From Eledone cirrhosa (Eukaryota): a DNA stretch of 64,000 nt. Numbering within the stretch: position 1 is the stretch's first letter; each line of letters begins with the position of its first letter. Under the pieces are notes generated by a model. It did no database searches. It was not told where the DNA came from and saw only the letters and a program-made list of their open reading frames with translations. Of the stretch, positions 1 through 12,902 are shown piece after piece. The position numbers and the translations under genes are program-made. The stretch spans positions 416,764,001-416,828,000 of the forward strand of contig OZ024740.1 of NCBI GenBank assembly GCA_964016885.1, read 5' to 3'.

Positions 1-3000
1 AGTCTACCTTCTCTTCTAGACAGTTGTCATGCGCCTATATTGGAGTTATATTTACTGGAAGTATACCTTCTCTTCTAGACAGTTGTCATGAGCCTATATT
101 CGAGTTATATTTACTGGAAGTCTACCTTCTCTCCTAGACAGTTGTCATGAGCCTATGTTGGTGTTATATTTACTGGAAGTCTACCTTCTCTCCTAGACAG
201 TTGTCATGAGCCTATATTGGAGTTATATTTACTAGAAGTCTACCTTCTCTTCTAGACAGTTGTCATGAGCCTATATTGGAGTTATATTCACTGGAAGTCT
301 ACCGTCTCTCCTAGACAGTTGTCATGAGCCTATGTTGGTGTTATATTTACTGGAAGTCTACCTTCTCTCCTAGACAGTTGTCATGAGCCTATATTGGAGT
401 TATATTTACTGTAAGTCTACCTTCTCTTCTAGACAGTTGTCATGAGCCTATATTGGAGTTATATTTACTGGAAGTCTACCTTCTCTCCTAGACAGTTGTC
501 ATGAGCCTATATTGGAGTTATATTTACTGTAAGTCTACCTTCTTTTCTAGACAGTTGTCATGAGCCTATATTGGAGTTATATTTACTGGAAGTCTACCTT
601 CTCTTCTAGACAGTTGTCATGAGCCTATATTGGAGTTATATTTACTGTAAGTCTACCTTCTCTCCTATACAGTTCTCATGAGCCTATATTGGAGTTATAT
701 TTACTGGAAGTCTACCTTCTCTTCTAGACAGTTGTCATGAGCCTATATTGGAGTTATATTTACTGGAAGTCTACCTTCTCTCCTAGACAGTTGTCATGAG
801 CCTATATTGGAGTTATATTTACTGTAAGTCTACCTTCTCTTCTAGACAGTTGTCATGAGCCTATATTGGAGTTATATTTACTGGAAATCTACCTTCTCTT
901 CTAGACAGTTGTCATGAGCCTATATTGGAGTTATATTTACTGGAAGTCTACCGTCTCTCCTAGACAGTTGTCATGAGCCTATATTGGAGTTATATTTACT
1001 GGAAGTCTACCTTCTCTTCTAGACAGTTGTCATGAGCCTATATTGGAGTTATATTTACTGGAAGTCTACCTTCTCTTCTAGACAGTTGTCATGAGCCTAT
1101 ATTGGAGTTATATTTACTGGAAGTCTACCTTCTCTTATAGACAGTTGTCATGAGCCTATATTGGAGTTCTATTTACTGTAAGTCTACCTTCTCTCCTAGA
1201 CAGTTGTCATGAGCCTATATTGGAGTTATATTTACTGTAAGTCTACCTTCTCTCCTAGACAGTTGTCATGACCCTATATTGGAGTTATATTTACTGTAAG
1301 TCTACCTTCTCTCCTAGACAGTTGTCATGAGCCTATATTGGAGTTATATTTACTGGAAGTCTACCTTCTCTGCTAGACAGTTGTCATGAGCCTATATTGG
1401 AGTTATATTTACTGTAAGTCTACCTTCTCTTCTAGACAGTTTTCATGAGCCTATGTTGGGGTTATATTTATTGGAAGTCTACCTTCTCTTCTAGACAGTT
1501 GTCATGAGCCTATGTTGAGGTTTATATTTACTGAAGATCTACCTTCTCTTCTAGACAGTTGTCATGAGCATATGTTGGGGGTTATATTTACTGGAAGTCT
1601 ACCTTCTCTTCTAGACAGTTGTCATGAGCCTATGTTGATGTTATATTTACTGGAAGTCTACCTTCTCTTCTAGACAGTTGTCATGAGCCTATGTTGGAGT
1701 TATATTTACTGGAAGTCTACCTTCTCTCCTAGACAGTTTTCATGAGCCTATATTGGAGTTATATTTACTGTAAGTCTACCTTCTCTCCTAGACAGTTGTC
1801 ATGAGCCTATATTGGTGGTTATATTTACTGGAAGTCTACCTTCTCTCCTAGACAGTTGTCATGAGCCTATATTGGAGTTATATTTACTGGAAGTCTACCT
1901 TCTCTTCTAGACAGTTGTCATGAGCCTATATTGGAGTTATATTTACTGTAAGTCTACCTTCTCTTCTAGACAGTTGTCATGAGCCTATATTGGAGTTATA
2001 TTTACTGGAAGTCTACCTTCTCTCCTAGACAGTTGTCATGAGCCTATATTGGAGTTATATTTACTGGAAGTCTACCTTCTCTCCTAGACAGTTGTCATGA
2101 GCCTATATTGGAGTTATATTTACTGGAAGTCTACCTTCTCTCCTAGACAGTTGTTGTGAGCCTATATTGGAGTTATATTTACTGGAAGTCTACCTTCTCT
2201 CCTAGACAGTTGTCATGAGCCTCTATTGGAGTTATATTTACTGGAAGTCTACCTTCTCTTCTAGACAGTTGTCATGAGCCTATGTTGGGGTTATATTTAC
2301 TGGAAGTCTACCTTCTCTTCTAGACAGTTGTCATGAGCCTATGTTGGGGTTATATTTACTGGAAGTCTACCTTCTCTTCTAGACAGTTGTTGTGAGCCTA
2401 TGTTGGGGTTATATTTACTGGAAGTCTACCTTCTCTCCTAGACAGTTGTCATGAGCCTATATTGGAGTTATATTTACTGGAAGTCTACCTTTTCTCCTAG
2501 ACAGTTGTCATGAGCCTATGTTGGGGTTATATTTACTGGAAGTCTACCTTCTCTTCTAGACAGTTGTCATGAGCCTATATTGTAGTTATATTTACTGTAA
2601 GTCTACCTTCTCTTCTAGACAGTTGTCATGAGCCTATTTTGGAGTTATATTTACTGTAAGTCTACCTTCTCCTAGACAGTTGTCATGAGCCTATATTGGA
2701 GTCATATTTACTGTAAGTCTACCTTCTCTTCTAGACAGTTGTCATGAGCCTATATTGGAGTTATATTTACTGGAAGTCTACCTTCTCTCCTAGACAGTTG
2801 TCATGAGCCTATATTGGAGTTATATTTACTGGAAGTCTACCTTCTCTCCTAGACAGTTGTCATGAGCCTATATTGGAGTTATATTTACTGGAAGTCTACC
2901 TTCTCTCCTAGACAGTTGTTGTGAGCCTATATTGGAGTTATATTTACTGGAAGTCTACCTTCTCTCCTAGACAGTTGTCATGAGCCTCTATTGGAGTTAT

Positions 3001-6000
3001 ATTTACTGGAAGTCTACCTTCTCTTCTAGACAGTTGTCATGAGCCTATGTTTGGGTTATATTTACTGGAAGTCTACCTTCTCTTCTAGACAGTTGTCATG
3101 AGCCTATGTTGGGGTTATATTTACTGGAAGTCTACCTTCTCTTCTAGACAGTTGTTGTGAGCCTATGTTGGGGTTATATTTACTGGAAGTCTACCTTCTC
3201 TCCTAGACAGTTGTCATGAGCCTATATTGGAGTTATATTTACTGGAAGTCTACCTTCTCTTCTAGACAGTTGTCATGAGCCTATTTTGGAGTTATATTTA
3301 CTGTAAGTCTACCTTCTCCTAGACAGTTGTCATGAGCCTATATTGGAGTCATATTTACTGTAAGTCTACCTTCTCTTCTAGACAGTTGTCATGAGCCTAT
3401 ATTGGGGTTATATTTACTGAAGTCTACCTTCTCTCCTAGACAGTTGTCATGAGCCTATGTTGGAGTTATATTTACTGTAAGTCTACCTTCTCTCCTAGAC
3501 AGTTGTCATGAGCCTATATTGGAGTTATATTTACTGTAAGTCTACCTTCTCTCCTAGACAGTTGTCATGAGCCTATATTGGAGTTATATTTACTGTAAGT
3601 CTACCTTCTCTTCTAGACAGTTGTCATGTGCCTATATTGGAGTTATATTTACTGTAAGTCTACCTTCTCTCCTAGACAGTTGTCATGAGCCTATGTTGGA
3701 GTTATATTTACTGTAAGTCTACCTTCTCTCCTAGACAGTTGTCATGAGCCTATGTTGGAGTTATATTTACTGTACGTCTACCTTCTCTCCTAGACAGTTG
3801 TCATGAGCCTATTTTGGAGTTATATTTACTGTAAGTCTACCTTCTCTTCTAGACAGTTGTCATGAGCCTATATTGGAGTTATATTTACTGGAAGTCTACC
3901 TTCTCTTCTAGACAGTTGTCATGAGCCTATATTGGAGTTATATTTACTGGAAGTCTACCTTCTCTCCTAGACAGTTGTCATGAGCCTATATTGGAGTTAT
4001 ATTTACTGTAAGTCTACCTTCTCTTCTAGACAGTTGTCATGAGCCTATATTGGAGTTATATTTACTGGAAGTCTACCTTCTCTTCTAGACAGTTGTCATG
4101 AGCCTATATTGGAGTTATATTTACTGGAAGTCTACCGTCTCTCCTAGACAGTTGTCATGAGCCTATGTTGGTGTTATATTTACTGTAAGTCTACCTTCTC
4201 TTCTAGACAGTTGTCATGAGCCTATATTGGAGTTATATTTACTGGAAGTCTACCTTCTCTTCTAGACAGTTGTCATGAGCCTATGTTGGGGTTATATTTA
4301 CTGTAAGTCTACCTTCTCTCCTAGACAGTTGTCATGAGCCTATTTTGGGGTTATATTTACTGGAAGTCTACCTTCTCTCCTAGATAGTTGTCATGAGCCT
4401 ATATTGGAGTTATATTTACTGGAAGTCTACCTTCTCTTCTAGACAGTTGTCATGAGCCTATATTGGAGTTATATTTACTGTAAGTCTACCTTCTCTTCTA
4501 GACAGTTGTCATGAGCCTATATTGGAGTTATATTTACTGGAAGTCTACCTTCTCTTCTAGACAGTTGTCATGAGCCTATATTGCAGTTATATTTACTGGA
4601 AGTCTACCTTCTCTCCTAGACAGTTGTCATGAGCCTATATTGGGGGTTATATTTACTGTAAGTCTACCTTCTCTTCTAGACAGTTGTCATGAGCCTATAT
4701 TGGAGTCATATTTACTGTAAGTCTACCTTCTCTTCTAGACAGTTGTCATGAGCCTATATTGGAGTTATATTTACTGTACGTCTACCTTTACTTCTAGCCA
4801 GTTTTCATGAGCCTATATTGGAGTTATATTTACTGGAAGTCTACCTTCTCTTCTAGACAGTTGTCATGAGCCTATATTGGAGTTATATTTACTGTATGTC
4901 TACCTTCTCTCCTATACAGTTGTCATGACCCTATATTGGAGTTATATTTACTGGAAGTCTACCTTCAATTCTAGACAGTTGTCATGAGCCTATATTGGAG
5001 TTATATTTACTGGAAGTCTACATTCTCTCCTAGACAGTTGTCATGTGCCTATATTGGAGTTATATTTACTGTAAGGCTACCTTCTCTTCTAGACAGTTGT
5101 CATGAGCCTATATTCCAGTTATATTTACTGGAAGTCTACCTTCTCTCCTAGACCGTTGTCATGAGCCTATATTGGGGGTTATATTTACTGTAAGTCTACC
5201 TTCTCTTCTAGACAGTTGTTGTGAGCCTATGTTGGTGTTATATTTACTGGAAGTCTACCTTCTCTTCTAGACAGTTGTCATGAGCCTATATTGGAGTTAT
5301 ATTTACTGGAAGTCTACCTTCTCTCCTAGACAGTTGTCATGAGCCTATATTGGAGTTATATTTACTGTAAGTCTACCTTCTCTTCTAGACAGTTGTCATG
5401 AGCCTATATTGGAGTTATATTTACTGGAAGTCTACCTTCTCTTCTAGACAGTTGTCATGAGCCTATATTGGAGTTATATTTACTGGAAGTCTACCTTCTC
5501 TCCTAGACAGTTGTCATGAGCCTATATTGGAGTTATATTTACTGGAAGTCTACCTTCTCTTCTAGACAGTTGTCATGCGCCTATATTGGAGTTATATTTA
5601 CTGTAAGTCTACCTTCTCTTCTAGACAGTTGTCATGAGCCTATATTGGAGTTATATTTACTGGAAGTCTACCTTCTCTCCTAGACAGTTGTCATGAGCCT
5701 ATATTGGAGTTATATTTACTGTAAGTCTACCTTCTCTTCTAGACAGTTGTCATGAGCCTATATTGGAGTTATATTTACTGGAAGTCTACCTTCTCCCCTA
5801 GACAGTTTTCATGAGCCTATATTGGAGTTATATTTACTGGAAGTCTACCTTCTCTTCTAGACAGTTGTCATGAGCCTATATTGGAGTTATATTTACTGGA
5901 AGTCTACCTTCTCTCCTAGACAGTTGTCATGAGCCTATATTGGAGTTATATTTACTGGAAGTCTACCTTCTCTTCTAGACAGTTGTTGTGAGCCTATGTT

Positions 6001-9000
6001 GGTGTTATATTTACTGTAAGTCTACCTTCTCTCCTAGACAGTTGTCATGAGCCTATATTGGAGTTATATTTACTGGAAGTCTACCTTCTCTTCTAGACAG
6101 TTGTCATGAGCCTATATTGGAGTTATATTTACTGTAAGTCTACCTTCTCTTCTAGACAGTTGTCATGAGCCTATATTGGAGTTATATTTACTGGAAGTCT
6201 ACCTTCTCTTCTAGACAGTTGTCATGAGCCTATATTGCAATTATATTTACTGGAAGTCTACCTTCTCTCCTAGACAGTTGTCATGAGCCTATATTGGGGG
6301 TTATATTTACTGTAAGTCTACCTTCTCTTCTAGACAGTTGTCATGAGCCTATATTGGAGTCATATTTACTGTAAGTCTACCTTCTCTTCTAGACAGTTGT
6401 CATGAGCCTATATTGGAGTTATATTTACTGGAAGTCTACCTTCAATTCTAGACAGTTGTCATGAGCCTATATTGGAGTTATATTTACTGGAAGTCTACCT
6501 TCTCTCCTAGACAGTTGTCATGTGCCTATATTGGAGTTATATTTACTGTAAGGCTACCTTCTCTTCTAGACATTTGTCATGAGCCTATATTCGAGTTATA
6601 TTTACTGGAAGTCTACCTTCTCTCCTAGACCGTTGTCATGAGCCTATATTGGGGTTTATATTTACTGTAAGTCTACCTTCTCTTCTAGACAGTTGTTGTG
6701 AGCCTATGTTGGTGTTATATTTACTGGAAGTCTACCTTCTCTTCTAGACAGTTGTCATGAGCCTATATTGGAGTTATATTTACTGGAAGTCTACCTTCTC
6801 TCCTAGACAGTTGTCATGAGCCTATATTGGAGTTATATTTACTGTAAGTCTACCTTCTCTTCTAGACAGTTGTCATGAGCCTATATTGGAGTTATATTTA
6901 CTGGAAGTCTACCTTCTCTTTTAGACAGTTGTCATGAGCCTATATTGGAGTTATATTTACTGGAAGTCTACCTTGTCTCCTAGACAGTTGTCATGAGCCT
7001 ATATTGGAGTTATATTTACTGGAAGTCTACCTTCTCTTCTAGACAGTTGTCATGCGCCTATATTGGAGTTATATTTACTGTAAGTCTACCTTCTCTTCTA
7101 GACAGTTGTCATGAGCCTATATTGGAGTTATATTTACTGGAAGTCTACCTTCTCTCCTAGACAGTTGTCATGTGCCTATATTGGAGTTATATTTACTGTA
7201 AGTCTACCTTCTCTCCTAGACAGTTGTCATGAGCCTATGTTGGAGTTATATTTACTGTAAGTCTACCTTCTCTCCTAGACAGTTGTCATGAGCCTATGTT
7301 GGAGTTATATTTACTGTACGTCTACCTTCTCTCCTAGACAGTTGTCATGAGCCTATTTTGGAGTTATATTTACTGTAAGTCTACCTTCTCTTCTAGACAG
7401 TTGTCATGAGCCTATATTGGAGTTATATTTACTGGAAGTCTACCTTCTCTTCTAGACAGTTGTCATGAGCCTATATTGGAGTTATATTTACTGGAAGTCT
7501 ACCTTCTCTCCTAGACAGTTGTCATGAGCCTATGTTGGTGTTATATTTACTGGAAGTCTACCTTCTCTCCTAGACAGTTGTCATGAGCCTATATTGGAGT
7601 TATATTTACTAGAAGTCTACCTTCTCTTCTAGACAGTTGTCATGAGCCTATATTGGAGTTATATTCACTGGAAGTCTACCGTCTCTCCTAGACAGTTGTC
7701 ATGAGCCTATGTTGGTGTTATATTTACTGGAAGTCTACCTTCTCTCCTAGACAGTTGTCATGAGCCTATATTGGAGTTATATTTACTGTAAGTCTACCTT
7801 CTCTTCTAGACAGTTGTCATGAGCCTATATTGGAGTTATATTTACTGGAAGTCTACCTTCTCTCCTAGACAGTTGTCATGAGCCTATATTGGAGTTATAT
7901 TTACTGTAAGTCTACCTTCTTTTCTAGACAGTTGTCATGAGCCTATATTGGAGTTATATTTACTGGAAGTCTACCTTCTCTTCTAGACAGTTGTCATGAG
8001 CCTATATTGGAGTTATATTTACTGTAAGTCTACCTTCTCTCCTATACAGTTCTCATGAGCCTATATTGGAGTTATATTTACTGGAAGTCTACCTTCTCTT
8101 CTAGACAGTTGTCATGAGCCTATATTGGAGTTATATTTACTGGAAGTCTACCTTCTCTCCTAGACAGTTGTCATGAGCCTATATTGGAGTTATATTTACT
8201 GTAAGTCTACCTTCTCTTCTAGACAGTTGTCATGAGCCTATATTGGAGTTATATTTACTGGAAATCTACCTTCTCTTCTAGACAGTTGTCATGAGCCTAT
8301 ATTGGAGTTATATTTACTGGAAGTCTACCGTCTCTCCTAGACAGTTGTCATGAGCCTATATTGGAGTTATATTTACTGGAAGTCTACCTTCTCTTCTAGA
8401 CAGTTGTCATGAGCCTATATTGGAGTTATATTTACTGGAAGTCTACCTTCTCTTCTAGACAGTTGTCATGAGCCTATATTGGAGTTATATTTACTGGAAG
8501 TCTACCTTCTCTTATAGACAGTTGTCATGAGCCTATATTGGAGTTCTATTTACTGTAAGTCTACCTTCTCTCCTAGACAGTTGTCATGAGCCTATATTGG
8601 AGTTATATTTACTGTAAGTCTACCTTCTCTCCTAGACAGTTGTCATGACCCTATATTGGAGTTATATTTACTGTAAGTCTACCTTCTCTCCTAGACAGTT
8701 GTCATGAGCCTATATTGGAGTTATATTTACTGGAAGTCTACCTTCTCTGCTAGACAGTTGTCATGAGCCTATATTGGAGTTATATTTACTGTAAGTCTAC
8801 CTTCTCTTCTAGACAGTTTTCATGAGCCTATGTTGGGGTTATATTTATTGGAAGTCTACCTTCTCTTCTAGACAGTTGTCATGAGCCTATGTTGAGGTTT
8901 ATATTTACTGAAGATCTACCTTCTCTTCTAGACAGTTGTCATGAGCATATGTTGGGGGTTATATTTACTGGAAGTCTACCTTCTCTTCTAGACAGTTGTC

Positions 9001-12000
9001 ATGAGCCTATGTTGATGTTATATTTACTGGAAGTCTACCTTCTCTTCTAGACAGTTGTCATGAGCCTATATTGGAGTTATATTTACTGGAAGTCTACCTT
9101 CTCTCCTAGACAGTTTTCATGAGCCTATATTGGAGTTATATTTACTGTAAGTCTACCTTGTCTCCTAGACAGTTGTCATGAGCCTATATTGGTGGTTATA
9201 TTTACTGGAAGTCTACCTTCTCTCCTAGACAGTTGTCATGAGCCTATATTGGAGTTATATTTACTGGAAGTCTACCTTCTCTTCTAGACAGTTGTCATGA
9301 GCCTATATTGGAGTTATATTTACTGTAAGTCTACCTTCTCTTCTAGACAGTTGTCATGAGCCTATATTGGAGTTATATTTACTGGAAGTCTACCTTCTCT
9401 CCTAGACAGTTGTCATGAGCCTATATTGGAGTTATATTTACTGGAAGTCTACCTTCTCTCCTAGACAGTTGTCATGAGCCTATATTGGAGTTATATTTAC
9501 TGGAAGTCTACCTTCTCTCCTAGACAGTTGTTGTGAGCCTATATTGGAGTTATATTTACTGGAAGTCTACCTTCTCTCCTAGACAGTTGTCATGAGCCTC
9601 TATTGGAGTTATATTTACTGGAAGTCTACCTTCTCTTCTAGACAGTTGTCATGAGCCTATGTTGGGGTTATATTTACTGGAAGTCTACCTTCTCTTCTAG
9701 ACAGTTGTCATGAGCCTATGTTGGGGTTATATTTACTGGAAGTCTACCTTCTCTTCTAGACAGTTGTTGTGAGCCTATGTTGGGGTTATATTTACTGGAA
9801 GTCTACCTTCTCTCCTAGACAGTTGTCATGAGCCTATATTGGAGTTATATTTACTGGAAGTCTACCTTTTCTCCTAGACAGTTGTCATGAGCCTATGTTG
9901 GGGTTATATTTACTGGAAGTCTACCTTCTCTTCTAGACAGTTGTCATGAGCCTATATTGTAGTTATATTTACTGTAAGTCTACCTTCTCTTCTAGACAGT
10001 TGTCATGAGCCTATTTTGGAGTTATATTTACTGTAAGTCTACCTTCTCCTAGACAGTTGTCATGAGCCTATATTGGAGTCATATTTACTGTAAGTCTACC
10101 TTCTCTTCTAGACAGTTGTCATGAGCCTATATTGGAGTTATATTTACTGGAAGTCTACCTTCTCTCCTAGACAGTTGTCATGAGCCTATATTGGAGTTAT
10201 ATTTACTGGAAGTCTACCTTCTCTCCTAGACAGTTGTCATGAGCCTATATTGGAGTTATATTTACTGGAAGTCTACCTTCTCTCCTAGACAGTTGTTGTG
10301 AGCCTATATTGGAGTTATATTTACTGGAAGTCTACCTTCTCTCCTAGACAGTTGTCATGAGCCTCTATTGGAGTTATATTTACTGGAAGTCTACCTTCTC
10401 TTCTAGACAGTTGTCATGAGCCTATGTTTGGGTTATATTTACTGGAAGTCTACCTTCTCTTCTAGACAGTTGTCATGAGCCTATGTTGGGGTTATATTTA
10501 CTGGAAGTCTACCTTCTCTTCTAGACAGTTGTTGTGAGCCTATGTTGGGGTTATATTTACTGGAAGTCTACCTTCTCTCCTAGACAGTTGTCATGAGCCT
10601 ATATTGGAGTTATATTTACTGGAAGTCTACCTTCTCTTCTAGACAGTTGTCATGAGCCTATTTTGGAGTTATATTTACTGTAAGTCTACCTTCTCCTAGA
10701 CAGTTGTCATGAGCCTATATTGGAGTCATATTTACTGTAAGTCTACCTTCTCTTCTAGACAGTTGTCATGAGCCTATATTGGGGTTATATTTACTGAAGT
10801 CTACCTTCTCTCCTAGACAGTTGTCATGAGCCTATGTTGGAGTTATATTTACTGTAAGTCTACCTTCTCTCCTAGACAGTTGTCATGAGCCTATATTGGA
10901 GTTATATTTACTGTAAGTCTACCTTCTCTCCTAGACAGTTGTCATGAGCCTATATTGGAGTTATATTTACTGTAAGTCTACCTTCTCTTCTAGACAGTTG
11001 TCATGTGCCTATATTGGAGTTATATTTACTGTAAGTCTACCTTCTCTCCTAGACAGTTGTCATGAGCCTATGTTGGAGTTATATTTACTGTAAGTCTACC
11101 TTCTCTCCTAGACAGTTGTCATGAGCCTATGTTGGAGTTATATTTACTGTACGTCTACCTTCTCTCCTAGACAGTTGTCATGAGCCTATTTTGGAGTTAT
11201 ATTTACTGTAAGTCTACCTTCTCTCCTAGACAGTTGTCATGAGCCTATATTGGAGTTATATTTACTGTAAGTCTACCTTCTCTCCTAGACAGTTGTCATG
11301 AGCCTATGTTGGAGTTATATTTACTGGAAGTCTACCTTCTCTCCTAGACAGTTGTCATGAGCCTATTTTGGAGTTATATTTACTGTAAGTCTACCTTCTC
11401 TCCTAGACAGTTGTCATGAGCCTATATTGGAGTTATATTTACTGGAAGTCTACCTTCTCTCCTAGACAGTTGTCATGAGCCTATGTTGGAGTTATATTTA
11501 CTGGAAGTCTACCTTCTCTCCTAGACAGTTGTCATGAGCCTATTTTGGGGTTATATTTACTGTAAGTCTACCTTCTCTCCTAGACAGTTGTCATGAGCCT
11601 ATATTGGAGTTATATTTACTGGAAGTCTACCTTCTCTCCTAGACAGTTGTCATGAGCCTATGTTGGAGTTATATTTACTGGAAGTCTACCTTCTCTCCTA
11701 GACAGTTGTCATGAGCCTATTTTGGAGTTATATTTACTGTAAGTCTACCTTCTCTCCTAGACAGTTGTCATGAGCCTATATTGGAGTTATATTTACTGGA
11801 AGTCTACCTTCTCTCCTAGACAGTTGTCATGAGCCTATGTTGGGGTTATATTTACTGTAAGTCTACCTTCTCTTCTAGACAGTTGTCATGAGCCTATGTT
11901 GGTGTTATGTTTACTGGAAGTCTACCCTCTCTTCTAGACAGTTGTTGTGAGCCTATATTGGAGTTATATTTACTGGAAGTCTACCTTCTCTTCTAGACAG

Positions 12001-12485
12001 TTGTCATGACCCTATGTTGGGGTTATATTTACTGGAAGTCTACCTTCTCTTCTAGACAGTTGTCATGAGCCTATATTGGAGTTATATTTACTGGAAGTCT
12101 ACCTTCTCTTCTAGACAGTTGTCATGAGCCTATGTTGGGGTTACATTTATTGGAAGTCTACCTTCTCTTCTAGACAGTTGTCATGAGCCTATGTTGAGGT
12201 TTATATTTACTGGAGATCTACCTTCTCTTCTAGACAGTTGTCATGAGCCTATGTTGGGGTTTATGTTTACTGGAAGTCTACCTTCTCTTCTAGACAGTTG
12301 TCAAGAGCCTATGTTGGTGTTATATTTACTGGAAGTCTACCTTCTCTTCTAGACAGTTGTCATGAGCCTATGTTGAGGTTTATATTCACTGGAGATCTAC
12401 CTTCTCTTCTAGAGAGTTGTCATGAGCCTATGTTGGGGTTTATGTTTACTGGAAGTCTACCTTCTCTTCTAGACAGTTTCCATGA
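1..12485. repeat. 59-bp tandem satellite array (about 210 units in the window; continues upstream of position 1)
   Basis: Unit AGTCTACCTTCTCT(T/C)CTAGACAGTTGTCATGAGCCTATATTGGAGTTATATTTACTG(G/T)A is repeated head to tail. Diverged 60-bp variants occur at the right edge (about 12120-12485) and internally near 1500 and 8880. Confidence 0.98.
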
Positions 12486-12888
12486 ACAGAAAAAAAATAA
12501 AACAACACTATACATCTCAATTGTTATTTATAAAAAGAAATTATGAATAAAAGAAATATCTTAGTACGTCTAGTTCATCTTTCCTGTAGTTCTTTCATTT
12601 AACTTTTTGTTGTTGTTGTTGGGGGAGAAGGTGATAGGGATCTGGGAGTAGGGAAAGTCATAATATATGTTTGTAAAATATAGAGTTCTTTTTAAATGGT
12701 TACATGAAAATATGTATTTGTTGGGGGTTTTGTGGAGGGTGGTGGGATTAAGAATGAATTACTATTGCCATTGTCACCATTAATGCCATCATTACTATCG
12801 AGAATCATCAGATTATATGGGACAAAATCTGGAACTAGTTTTTCTGTGCTTCATCATGTTACTGTTATAAAGACTGGTTTTATTTCCA

Positions 12889-12902
12889 TTAAATTTCACA
12901 TT
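12889..12902 (-). CDS. Integrin beta-like putative terminal exon, (E)CEI-stop
   Basis: Acceptor ctttctattttaacag, then AA TGT GAA ATT TAA. Phase 1 completes Glu and supplies the last conserved beta-tail Cys. AATAAA lies on the minus strand at 12879-12884. Confidence 0.75.

Noticed and set aside
1-12485. CRISPR-like array
   Set aside because: The units are contiguous with no unique spacers, there are no cas genes, and the context is eukaryotic.
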